NCBI GenBank assembly: GCA_045639585.1
Contig: JAZUDJ010000034.1
Coordinates: 1,303 to 65,302 of the forward strand
From: Bacteroidales bacterium
GTDB lineage: Bacteria; Bacteroidota; Bacteroidia; Bacteroidales; UBA3663
DNA length: 64,000 bases
Direction of reading: 5' to 3'
Shown: positions 25,455-34,649 of the stretch, one piece after another
How the letters are laid out: each line of letters opens with the position of its first letter
Numbering within the stretch: the first letter of the stretch is position 1
The notes under the pieces: generated by a model
Databases searched by the model: none
Told to the model about the DNA's origin: nothing
The model's input: the letters and a program-made list of their open reading frames with translations, nothing else
Program-made: the position numbers and the translations under genes

Positions 25455-27335
25455 ATGCTGAAACATTTTTACGCCTTAGCATTACTTTCTTCTGTTACAT
25501 TGGCCTCTTCAGCTCAGGTTTCTATTGGCCGTGTAGTATGTCATGACCCTTCCATCTTTATGGACGGTGTTACCACTGGTACCCCAGAGTCTCCTGTTTA
25601 TTATATCTATGGTTCACACCTCGGACATGGTAAGACTACAGCAGAGAAGAATTATATCAATTGGAGTACTTGGGCCAGCGATGAGGGGGCAATGACTGCA
25701 GACAAATCTCTCTTTGTCGATCAGAATGGCAATAATGTACTTTACTCTAGTGCTTATGGAGATGCTCATGACTGGCAGGCCAAAGGTAATAGTGTAAGAG
25801 GGATGCAGTGGGCTCCAGACGTCATCTACAACAAGCAGATGAAGAAGTGGTGCATGTATATGAGCCTCAATGGCGATAGCTGGTGCTCTGTCATAGTCCT
25901 CTTCACCTCTGATCGTCCTGATGGGGGTTGGAAGTATGCTGGTCCTGTCGTATACTCTGGTTTCCAAGGAACTTATGACCACAATGGTTATACTAAAACA
26001 GATGACTACAAACATACAGATCTTGAGAAAGTTATCGGAGAACAGGCCTCTCTACCAGCTCGCTATAAGGTATCGGACAAATGGGGTGAGTACTGGCCAA
26101 ACTGTATTGACCCATGTGTCTTCTACGATGCAGAGGATCAGCTCTGGATGTCATATGGCTCATGGAGTGGAGGTATCTTTATGTTCCAGCTTGATGAATC
26201 TACAGGTCTTCGCGATTATTCTATCCAGTATAAAGAAGAATTGGATAATGCTGGCGACTATCATACATGTACGTCCGATCCCTATTTTGGTAAGAAGATC
26301 GCAGGCGGATATTATGTCTCAGGTGAAGCTAGCTACATCCAGCGCATTGGCAAATACTACTATCTCTTTATGAGCTATGGTGGCTTGAGTGCCGTTGCAG
26401 GTGGTTCTTGGCCATACGGAGCTGTCGGTTATCAGATGCGTATCTTCCGCTCGGAGAATCCAGATGGTCCATATATGGATTGCAACACATCAAAGGGGCA
26501 GAAAGCTTTGTTCTCGCAGTATCAGCTTAATTTCGGTAAAGATGCCGTTACTGATCGTGGCACACGCCTCATGTCAGCCTATAAGTGGGATAGCATGACC
26601 AAGGCCGAGATTGCGCAGGGACACAACAGCGCTATTGTCGATCATAAGGGTCGCGCTCTCGTGGTTTATCACACTCGTCAGGTCGCCTCTGGTGAAGGTC
26701 ACTCAGTACGCGTACACCAGCTCTTCCAGAATCAGGATGGCTGGCTCGTCGCTGCGCCATACGAATTTTATGGTGAGGAGATCACACAGGAGGATATTGA
26801 TACAAAACAGATATATAACGCTAATCAGGTCGCTGGTGAGTATGACCTCATCGTACATAAGATTCGTCAGGATGCTGTAACTCAGGACTATGCTAAGCCA
26901 GAGAAGATCACCCTTGGTACAGATGGCAAGGTCACTGGTGCGTATGCAGGTACTTGGAAACTGGTTGACAACACAGGCTACGTGAGTGTAGCTTTGAAGG
27001 GTGTCAATGGAGGTAGCAAAACCACAACCGTAGCCTTCAAAGGTGTCGTAGTTGAGCAGACACTCAAGGCTAACGTTGATCCATCCAAGGTTACTAAAGC
27101 TCTCTGCTTCACAGCACTCAGTTCGTCAAGTGGTGTTGCTGGAATTAATGCAACTCGCGGCCTCTGCATCTGGGGTACACAAACCAAGGCTGCAGAACCT
27201 TCTGGCATCGAGGCGGTGCACTCAGACGATGCTGTAGAAACAAATGAAGATGTCTTCGATCTCTTCGGCCGCAAGCAGGAGGATTTACAGAAGGGCCTCA
27301 ATATTAAGAAGGGTCGCATATTGCTGGTTAAGTAA
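25455..27335 (+). CDS. GH43 arabinanase-like hydrolase with a C-terminal T9SS-type sorting tail
   Basis: Signal peptide; VCHDPSIFMD and WAPDVIY GH43 motifs. The C-terminus DVFDLFGRKQEDLQKGLNIKKGRILLVK resembles the short Prevotella por-secretion tail. Confidence 0.85.
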   Translation: MLKHFYALALLSSVTLASSAQVSIGRVVCHDPSIFMDGVTTGTPESPVYYIYGSHLGHGKTTAEKNYINWSTWASDEGAMTADKSLFVDQNGNNVLYSSAYGDAHDWQAKGNSVRGMQWAPDVIYNKQMKKWCMYMSLNGDSWCSVIVLFTSDRPDGGWKYAGPVVYSGFQGTYDHNGYTKTDDYKHTDLEKVIGEQASLPARYKVSDKWGEYWPNCIDPCVFYDAEDQLWMSYGSWSGGIFMFQLDESTGLRDYSIQYKEELDNAGDYHTCTSDPYFGKKIAGGYYVSGEASYIQRIGKYYYLFMSYGGLSAVAGGSWPYGAVGYQMRIFRSENPDGPYMDCNTSKGQKALFSQYQLNFGKDAVTDRGTRLMSAYKWDSMTKAEIAQGHNSAIVDHKGRALVVYHTRQVASGEGHSVRVHQLFQNQDGWLVAAPYEFYGEEITQEDIDTKQIYNANQVAGEYDLIVHKIRQDAVTQDYAKPEKITLGTDGKVTGAYAGTWKLVDNTGYVSVALKGVNGGSKTTTVAFKGVVVEQTLKANVDPSKVTKALCFTALSSSSGVAGINATRGLCIWGTQTKAAEPSGIEAVHSDDAVETNEDVFDLFGRKQEDLQKGLNIKKGRILLVK

Positions 27336-27346
27336 TTTTTGAAATG

Positions 27347-27598
27347 GGAAAGGACGTCTTGCTTGCAGGACGTCCTTTCTTATATCAAGGAATGGATGTC
27401 TTGCTTGCAGGATGTCCTTTCTTATATCAAGGAACGGATGTCTTGCTTGCAGGATGTCCTATCTTATATCAAGGAATGGATGTCTTGCTTGCAAGATGTC
27501 CATTCTTACGTGTAGGAAGGTCTCGCAGGAATTCGTGTGATCCCTTCTTGCAATCAGGAAGGTCTCGCAGAGAATCGAGTGATCCCTTCTTGCACAAA
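27347..27598. repeat. tandem array A: six 42-bp stem-loop units
   Basis: Units run 27347-27388, 27389-27430, 27431-27472, 27473-27514, 27515-27556 and 27557-27598. Units 1-4 read AGGAAnGGAYGTC-TTGCTTGCAR-GAYGTCCWWTCTT. Units 5-6 keep the outer stem AGGAAGG/CCTTCTT. Confidence 0.9.
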
Positions 27599-27665
27599 TG
27601 AGAGGAAAGTGTATTAATTAATGTTATTTTTCTACTCGAAACTTGCAAGTATATTTTAAAAGGTG

Positions 27666-27673
27666 TATATTTG
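27666..27673 (+). promoter_or_regulatory. -7 box TATATTTG for the thi operon
   Basis: GGTGTATATTTGCAG, just upstream of the TPP aptamer. Confidence 0.55.
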
Positions 27674-27684
27674 CAGCGCAAAAT

Positions 27685-27770
27685 CGGTTTCCGATTCGGG
27701 GTGCTTGCTTTGTGCAGGCTGAGATTATACCCATTGACCTGATGCAGGTAATGCTGCCGTAGGAAGTGCT
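27685..27770 (+). promoter_or_regulatory. TPP (THI-box) riboswitch aptamer
   Basis: CGGGGTGC...GGCTGAGATTATACCCATTGACCTGATGCAGGTAATGCTGCCGTAGGAAG matches the conserved THI-box core (GGGGUGC, CUGAGA, ACCC, ACCUGAU, AAU.C..CGUAGGRA). It is followed by hairpin 27792-27826 in front of thiS. Confidence 0.88.
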
Positions 27771-27840
27771 TATTATTTCAAGACAATTTGTATACCCCGC
27801 AGTGAAGCAGTTTCGCTGAGGGGTATTAATGTTAATAATT

Positions 27841-28038
27841 ATGACTATTCTGATCAACAACAAACCAACTGAGACGCAGGCTACTAATCTGCAAGAACTC
27901 GCCACCGAACTGGCATTGCCAGAGAAGGGTGTGGCTATGGCCATAGCTAACAAGATGGTGCCACGTGCAGAGTGGAGCGCAAAGTCGCTCCAGGAGAATG
28001 ATAGCGTAGTGATTATCAAAGCTGCTTGCGGAGGATGA
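27841..28038 (+). CDS. thiS: sulfur carrier protein ThiS
   Basis: 65 aa ending in the diagnostic C-terminal GG (..IIKAACGG). An alternative ATG lies at 27829. Confidence 0.85.
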   Translation: MTILINNKPTETQATNLQELATELALPEKGVAMAIANKMVPRAEWSAKSLQENDSVVIIKAACGG

Positions 28039-28664
28039 TACAGTTCATATCGCATTATACAGATAGGATCGGCTATCTTGACTCTATTCGTCTGGCTCTG
28101 GAGGGTGGCTGCCGATGGGTACAGTTGCGCGTGAAAAACGCTACCATCGACGAACTGAGACCTATGGCGCTCGAAGCTCAGCGTATGTGTCGTGAGGCTG
28201 GAGCAACGTTCATTATCGACGATCAAGTGGCATTGGTCAAGGAAATCGGTGCTGATGGTGTGCACCTCGGTAAGAACGACATGCCAGTCACAGAGGCACG
28301 TAAGGTCTTAGGTCCTGATTTCATCATCGGTGGCACGGCCAATACGTTTGATGACGTCAGGATGCACTATGAGGCTGGAGCAAACTACATCGGCTGCGGC
28401 CCTTTCCGTTTCACAACGACAAAGGAGAAGCTCTCTCCTGTACTAGGGTTGGAGGGTTATCGCAGTATCGTGTCTCAGATGCGCGAAGAGGGTATTAATC
28501 TTCCGATTGTGGCCATAGGTGGTATTACGGCCGACGACATCCCTGACATCATGAAGACGGGAGTGACGGGTATTGCGCTCAGCGGTACGGTGCTTAGAGC
28601 GGAGGATCCGATCCAGGAGATGCAGAGATTGCTGACCATAGTCAATAGCTCTATCGACAAATAA
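28035..28664 (+). CDS. thiE: thiamine-phosphate synthase
   Basis: MIQFISH.. start; the ATG overlaps the thiS stop (ATGA); TMP-synthase barrel motifs (VQLRVK, GADGVHLGKNDM, AIGGI). Confidence 0.88.
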   Translation: MIQFISHYTDRIGYLDSIRLALEGGCRWVQLRVKNATIDELRPMALEAQRMCREAGATFIIDDQVALVKEIGADGVHLGKNDMPVTEARKVLGPDFIIGGTANTFDDVRMHYEAGANYIGCGPFRFTTTKEKLSPVLGLEGYRSIVSQMREEGINLPIVAIGGITADDIPDIMKTGVTGIALSGTVLRAEDPIQEMQRLLTIVNSSIDK

Positions 28665-28705
28665 GAAAATCTACAATTTGAAAATATTAAATATTCAGAT
28701 AAAAC

Positions 28706-29476
28706 ATGAAACCACTTGTAATTGCAGGTCGTGAGTTCAATTCACGCCTCTTCCTGGGAACAGGAAAGTTTAGTAACAACCAGCTTATGGCTGAGGCTAT
28801 CAAGGCTTCGGAAACTGAGATGGTGACTGTAGCAATGAAGCGTATCGAACTGGAGGACAAGCAGGATGACCTCTTGCAGCATATCGTTCAGAATCAGGGC
28901 ATCCAGCTTCTTCCTAATACCTCGGGTGTCCGTAATGCTGAGGAGGCCGTCTTCGCAGCTCAGATGGCTCGTGAGGCCTTCGGTACCAATTGGCTCAAGC
29001 TCGAGATTCATCCAGATCCTCGCTACCTCCTGCCAGATAGCATTGAGACATTGAAAGCTACTGAGGAACTCGTAAAGCTCGGCTTCGTCGTACTGCCATA
29101 TTGCCAGGCAGATCCTACGCTCTGTAAGCACCTTGAGGAAGCTGGCGCGGCTACCGTCATGCCACTCGCTGCACCTATCGGTACTAACAAGGGACTTCGT
29201 ATGAAGGATTTTCTTCAGATCATCATCGAGCAGGCTACCGTTCCTGTCGTAGTCGATGCAGGTATCGGTGCACCAAGCCATGCTGCTGAAGCTATGGAGA
29301 TGGGTGCTGACTGCTGTTTGGTCAACACGGCCATCGCAGTAGCTGGTGATCCTGTACAGATGGCCGTTGCCTTCAAGGAGGCTGTCATCGCTGGTCGTCG
29401 TGCTTACGAGGCAGGATTAGGAGCTATCAGCGATTCGGCAGAGGCCAGCTCACCATTAACTGCGTTTTTGAATTAA
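28706..29476 (+). CDS. thiG: thiazole synthase
   Basis: [28 protein letters not shown] and [13 protein letters not shown] are typical ThiG motifs. Confidence 0.93.
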   Translation: MKPLVIAGREFNSRLFLGTGKFSNNQLMAEAIKASETEMVTVAMKRIELEDKQDDLLQHIVQNQGIQLLPNTSGVRNAEEAVFAAQMAREAFGTNWLKLEIHPDPRYLLPDSIETLKATEELVKLGFVVLPYCQADPTLCKHLEEAGAATVMPLAAPIGTNKGLRMKDFLQIIIEQATVPVVVDAGIGAPSHAAEAMEMGADCCLVNTAIAVAGDPVQMAVAFKEAVIAGRRAYEAGLGAISDSAEASSPLTAFLN

Positions 29477-29499
29477 TTCGCTTGTAAGAAATAAATTAA

Positions 29500-31230
<1,731 letters not shown>

Positions 31231-31292
31231 GAGACCCACCTCCTTTACCAATAGGGAGGAGGAGTGGTTACTTATTATTAACGACTCTTCGA

Positions 31293-32003
31293 ATGAATTT
31301 ATCATTTGAGCAAAAAGACAGATATGATCGCCACATCCGCTTGGAAGGATTCGGCGAAGCAGGGCAGGAGCGACTGCTGAAGGCCAGGGTGCTGATCGTC
31401 GGTGCCGGTGGCTTAGGATCTCCTTGTGCACTATATCTGGCTGCTGCTGGTGTCGGGACGATAGGTATTGCCGATGCAGATGTTGTATCATTGAGCAATC
31501 TACAGCGACAGGTGATACATGCGTCAAAGGATGAAGGACGTCTCAAGGCTGAGTCAGCAGCAGAAAAGATGACATCTATCAATCCGGAAGTTAAGGTGGT
31601 GACATACCCTTATTATATAAATAAGGAGAATGCTGCTGAGATTTTCGCGCAATATGACTTCATTGTGGAGTGCACGGATTCGTTTGAGTCAAAATACCTC
31701 ATCAATGACGTCTGTGTGGAGCTTGGCAAGCCTTTCTGCATCGCAGGTATTGTGAAGTACAGCGGCCAGATGATGACGTATGTACCTGGTTCGATGACTT
31801 ATCGTAACGTCTTCGCAGAACCTCCTACAGGAGATGTAGAAAAGGCTGCAACTGTGGGAGTGCTTGGTAGTGCAGTTGGTACGATGGGAACGCTTCAGGC
31901 GACTGAGGTGATCAAATACCTCACTGGCATCGGACGTTTGCTTACAAATCGTATGCTTATTTTTGATGCACTGAATTTAGATTTTCAATGTTTTGAATTA
32001 TAA
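31293..32003 (+). CDS. thiF: ThiF/MoeB/HesA-family adenylyltransferase
   Basis: RYDRHIRLEGFGEAGQERLLKARVLIVGAGGLGSP nucleotide-binding motif, in thi operon context. Confidence 0.85.
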   Translation: MNLSFEQKDRYDRHIRLEGFGEAGQERLLKARVLIVGAGGLGSPCALYLAAAGVGTIGIADADVVSLSNLQRQVIHASKDEGRLKAESAAEKMTSINPEVKVVTYPYYINKENAAEIFAQYDFIVECTDSFESKYLINDVCVELGKPFCIAGIVKYSGQMMTYVPGSMTYRNVFAEPPTGDVEKAATVGVLGSAVGTMGTLQATEVIKYLTGIGRLLTNRMLIFDALNLDFQCFEL

Positions 32004-32007
32004 TAAA

Positions 32008-33144
32008 ATGTTTTCAGACGAACTATTAAAGATTGATTGGGACGAAACAACCCAGAAGATTGCGTCGAAGACCGATGCTGATGTGCGTCGTGCTTTGGCC
32101 AAATCTCGCTGTGATGTAGAGGACTTCATGGCCCTCATCTCACCAGCGGCAGAGCCATACCTTGAGGTGATGGCCCGTCTGAGCCAGAAATATACCAGGG
32201 AACGTTTCGGCAATACGATGTCGATGTTTATTCCCCTCTATATTACCAACTCATGTACTAATTCCTGTGTGTATTGTGGTTTCCATCGAGAGAACCCGAT
32301 GGCGCGAACAATCCTGACCATTGACCAGTGTGAGGATGAGTACAAGGCAATCAAGCGCATCGCGCCATTCGAGAACCTGCTCATCGTGACGGGTGAGAAT
32401 CCGGGTGTGGCAGGCCCTAAATACTTGGCCGAGGCACTTGATCGTGCAAAACCATACTTCTCGAACCTCAAGATCGAGGTCATGCCACTCAAGGCCGAGG
32501 AGTACGAGATGCTGACACATCATGGTTTGAATGGTGTCATCTGCTTCCAGGAGACCTATAATCGCAAGAACTATAAGCTTTACCATCCTCATGGCATGAA
32601 GTCACACTTCGAGTGGCGTTGCGATGGCTTCGATCGTATGGGTCAGGCAGGTGTTCACTCCATCGGTATGGGTGCTTTGCTCGGCTTGGAGAAGGAGTGG
32701 AAGACCGATGTAACCATGCTGGCTTATCATTTGCGTTACCTACAGAAGCATTACTGGCGTACCAAATATAGCGTCAACTTCCCTCGTATGCGTCCTGCTC
32801 AGAACGAAGGCTTCCAGCCAAACTGCTTCGTTAATGATCGCGAATTAGCACAGGTAACTTTTGCCATGCGAATCTTTGATCATGATGTAGATATCTCGTA
32901 TTCTACTCGTGAGCCAGAGTTTATCCGCAATAACATGTGTACCCTTGGTGTGACTACTATGTCGGCTGAGAGCCGTGTTAATCCTGGTGGATACTATACT
33001 TATCCTGAGGCACTTGAGCAGTTCTCTGTAAGCGATGACCGTAAGGTCGACGAGATTATCCGTTCACTAAAGGAACGTGGCATTGAACCTGTCTGGAAGG
33101 ATTGGGATGCGTCGTTTGATTTCACAAGAAGCCAGGTGAAGTAA
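32008..33144 (+). CDS. thiH: 2-iminoacetate synthase (radical SAM tyrosine lyase)
   Basis: CTNSCVYCG radical-SAM cluster motif, ~378 aa, thi operon context. ATG at 32008; the track starts at the in-frame TTG at 31993. Confidence 0.88.
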   Translation: MFSDELLKIDWDETTQKIASKTDADVRRALAKSRCDVEDFMALISPAAEPYLEVMARLSQKYTRERFGNTMSMFIPLYITNSCTNSCVYCGFHRENPMARTILTIDQCEDEYKAIKRIAPFENLLIVTGENPGVAGPKYLAEALDRAKPYFSNLKIEVMPLKAEEYEMLTHHGLNGVICFQETYNRKNYKLYHPHGMKSHFEWRCDGFDRMGQAGVHSIGMGALLGLEKEWKTDVTMLAYHLRYLQKHYWRTKYSVNFPRMRPAQNEGFQPNCFVNDRELAQVTFAMRIFDHDVDISYSTREPEFIRNNMCTLGVTTMSAESRVNPGGYYTYPEALEQFSVSDDRKVDEIIRSLKERGIEPVWKDWDASFDFTRSQVK

Positions 33145-33153
33145 TCTTTTTCT

Positions 33154-33717
33154 ATGGTTATCGTAATCACCCTTCCGACCTTTATTGACGGAGAAGCAGA
33201 TAAGATTGTTGCTCTTTTTGAAACGCGACATATCGATTATCTGCATCTCCGTAAACCAGAGGCTTCTGAGAAGGAAGTTGAGCGTCTGCTAAAGGAAATA
33301 CCGAAGAAGTATTATCCGCAGATCACCTTGCACGACTTCCATGATTTGGCCGTCAAATACGATGTCGGAGGTATCCATCTGACTGGTCGACATCCAGAAG
33401 CACCTTGTGATTGGAAGGGGAGGATTTCTACCAGCTGTCATAGCATAGAGGAATTAGCACAACGCAAACAGGAAGGGTATGTGATGAATGGAATACAAAG
33501 GTCTTTCGCCTACCTGTCACTGAGTCCTATTTTCGATAGTATCTCCAAACAAGGATATAATGCAGCCTTCTCTGAAAATGAACTAAAAGAAGCTCTTCGT
33601 CGGGGTATTATTGATGATGGAGTATTGGCTTTGGGAGGTATCACTTTTGATCGAATTGAGAAAGTACGTAGTATGGGTTTCGGTGGAGCGATGATCTTAG
33701 GAGATGCATGGAGATAA
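33154..33717 (+). CDS. second ThiE/TenI-family protein
   Basis: 187 aa with TMP-synthase/TenI-like motifs (IDYLHLRKP, GGIHLTG, LALGGI). Confidence 0.7.
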   Translation: MVIVITLPTFIDGEADKIVALFETRHIDYLHLRKPEASEKEVERLLKEIPKKYYPQITLHDFHDLAVKYDVGGIHLTGRHPEAPCDWKGRISTSCHSIEELAQRKQEGYVMNGIQRSFAYLSLSPIFDSISKQGYNAAFSENELKEALRRGIIDDGVLALGGITFDRIEKVRSMGFGGAMILGDAWR

Positions 33718-33727
33718 ATTGCAGAAT

Positions 33728-34498
33728 ATGGAAGTAGTATTGACCATTGCCGGGAGTGATACTTCGGCAGGAGCTGGCATTCAGCAGGACCTCAAGACAA
33801 TCACAGCCTTGGGGCAATATGGTGCCACGGTAATCACCGCTCTTACTGCGCAGAATACCGTCGGTGTACAAGCTGTCGAACCTGTTTCAGGAGAGATGGT
33901 TGCCCGTCAGATTCGCTCAGTGATGGATGATCTGGATGTACGTGCCATCAAGATCGGTATGATACCGACGCTCGAAGTCGCTAGGGCGATTGTGGAGCAA
34001 CTAACAAAATATAAGGATGAAATAGCAAATAATTCCTCACTACTCACTACTCACTACTCACTGAATCTCGTCTGGGATCCTGTCATGATCAGTACTTCTG
34101 GTACTCGACTGATGGCCGAAGATTGTATCGCTTATCTCCAGGAGCATCTGTCGCCACTCTGCTCGCTTATTACACCTAATTTGCCAGAATCAGAGTTATT
34201 TATGCCACCTTATAAGACTAGTATGCTTATCAAAGGCGGCCATGCGATAGGGGATGAGATGACAGATACACTCATTCTTACAGACGGTACTCAGCACAAG
34301 TTCACCGCACCTAGAATATCCTCTACAAATCTCCATGGTACGGGATGTACACTCTCTTCAGCTATCGCCTCGTATCTGGCCTCAGGACGTCCTCTGCCTG
34401 AAGCTGTTGCTTTAGCAAAAGATTATCTTACACGAGCCATTTTGGCTGGTCAGCATCAGCATATTGGCCATGGAAATGGTCCTTTAGGCTTGTTATAA
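33728..34498 (+). CDS. thiD: hydroxymethylpyrimidine/phosphomethylpyrimidine kinase
   Basis: VLTIAGSDTSAGAGIQQDLKT, DPVMISTSG and GTGCTLSSAIASYLA. The upstream in-frame ATG at 33704 would overlap the preceding gene. Confidence 0.9.
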   Translation: MEVVLTIAGSDTSAGAGIQQDLKTITALGQYGATVITALTAQNTVGVQAVEPVSGEMVARQIRSVMDDLDVRAIKIGMIPTLEVARAIVEQLTKYKDEIANNSSLLTTHYSLNLVWDPVMISTSGTRLMAEDCIAYLQEHLSPLCSLITPNLPESELFMPPYKTSMLIKGGHAIGDEMTDTLILTDGTQHKFTAPRISSTNLHGTGCTLSSAIASYLASGRPLPEAVALAKDYLTRAILAGQHQHIGHGNGPLGLL

Positions 34499-34591
34499 GA
34501 ACAAAATGGAGCATTATACGAATAATAATTGTGAAAAAAAGATGTTTTAGTGTCTTTTTTTTGTTTTTTTCGTCATTAATTACGATATTTG

Positions 34592-34629
34592 CAGCGAAGA
34601 AGTGCTCGTCATTTCCTCGCTGTTTTTTT
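34592..34629 (+). terminator. intrinsic terminator-like hairpin + U7 (thi operon end or leader attenuator of the next gene)
   Basis: Stem CAGCGAAGAA/TTCCTCGCTG (9 of 10 paired) with a 10-nt loop, then TTTTTTT. It lies 95 nt after the thiD stop and 21 nt before the ATG at 34650. Confidence 0.5.
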
Positions 34630-34649
34630 GCTAATTTCATTCTTAATAT

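Noticed and set aside
27347-27598. CRISPR array (also considered for 54398..54608)
   Set aside because: There are no unique spacers. The 42-bp units are contiguous, with only ~6-nt linkers, and the repeats diverge from each other. No cas genes or leader are present in the window.
27344-27601. 85-aa ORF (and its counterpart 54396..54602, minus strand) translating the 42-bp arrays into a 14-aa repeat peptide (G)MDVLLAGCPFLYQ / RMDALLAKCPFLHK
   Set aside because: 42 bp is 14 codons, so an open frame is inherited from the periodicity. In the core units of array A all three frames are open. Differences between units at the same codon are mostly non-synonymous (CGT/TGT/GAG/TGG; GTC/GCC/ATC). The conserved positions are explained by stem pairing, and no promoter box precedes either ORF. 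This cannot be fully excluded without ribosome profiling.
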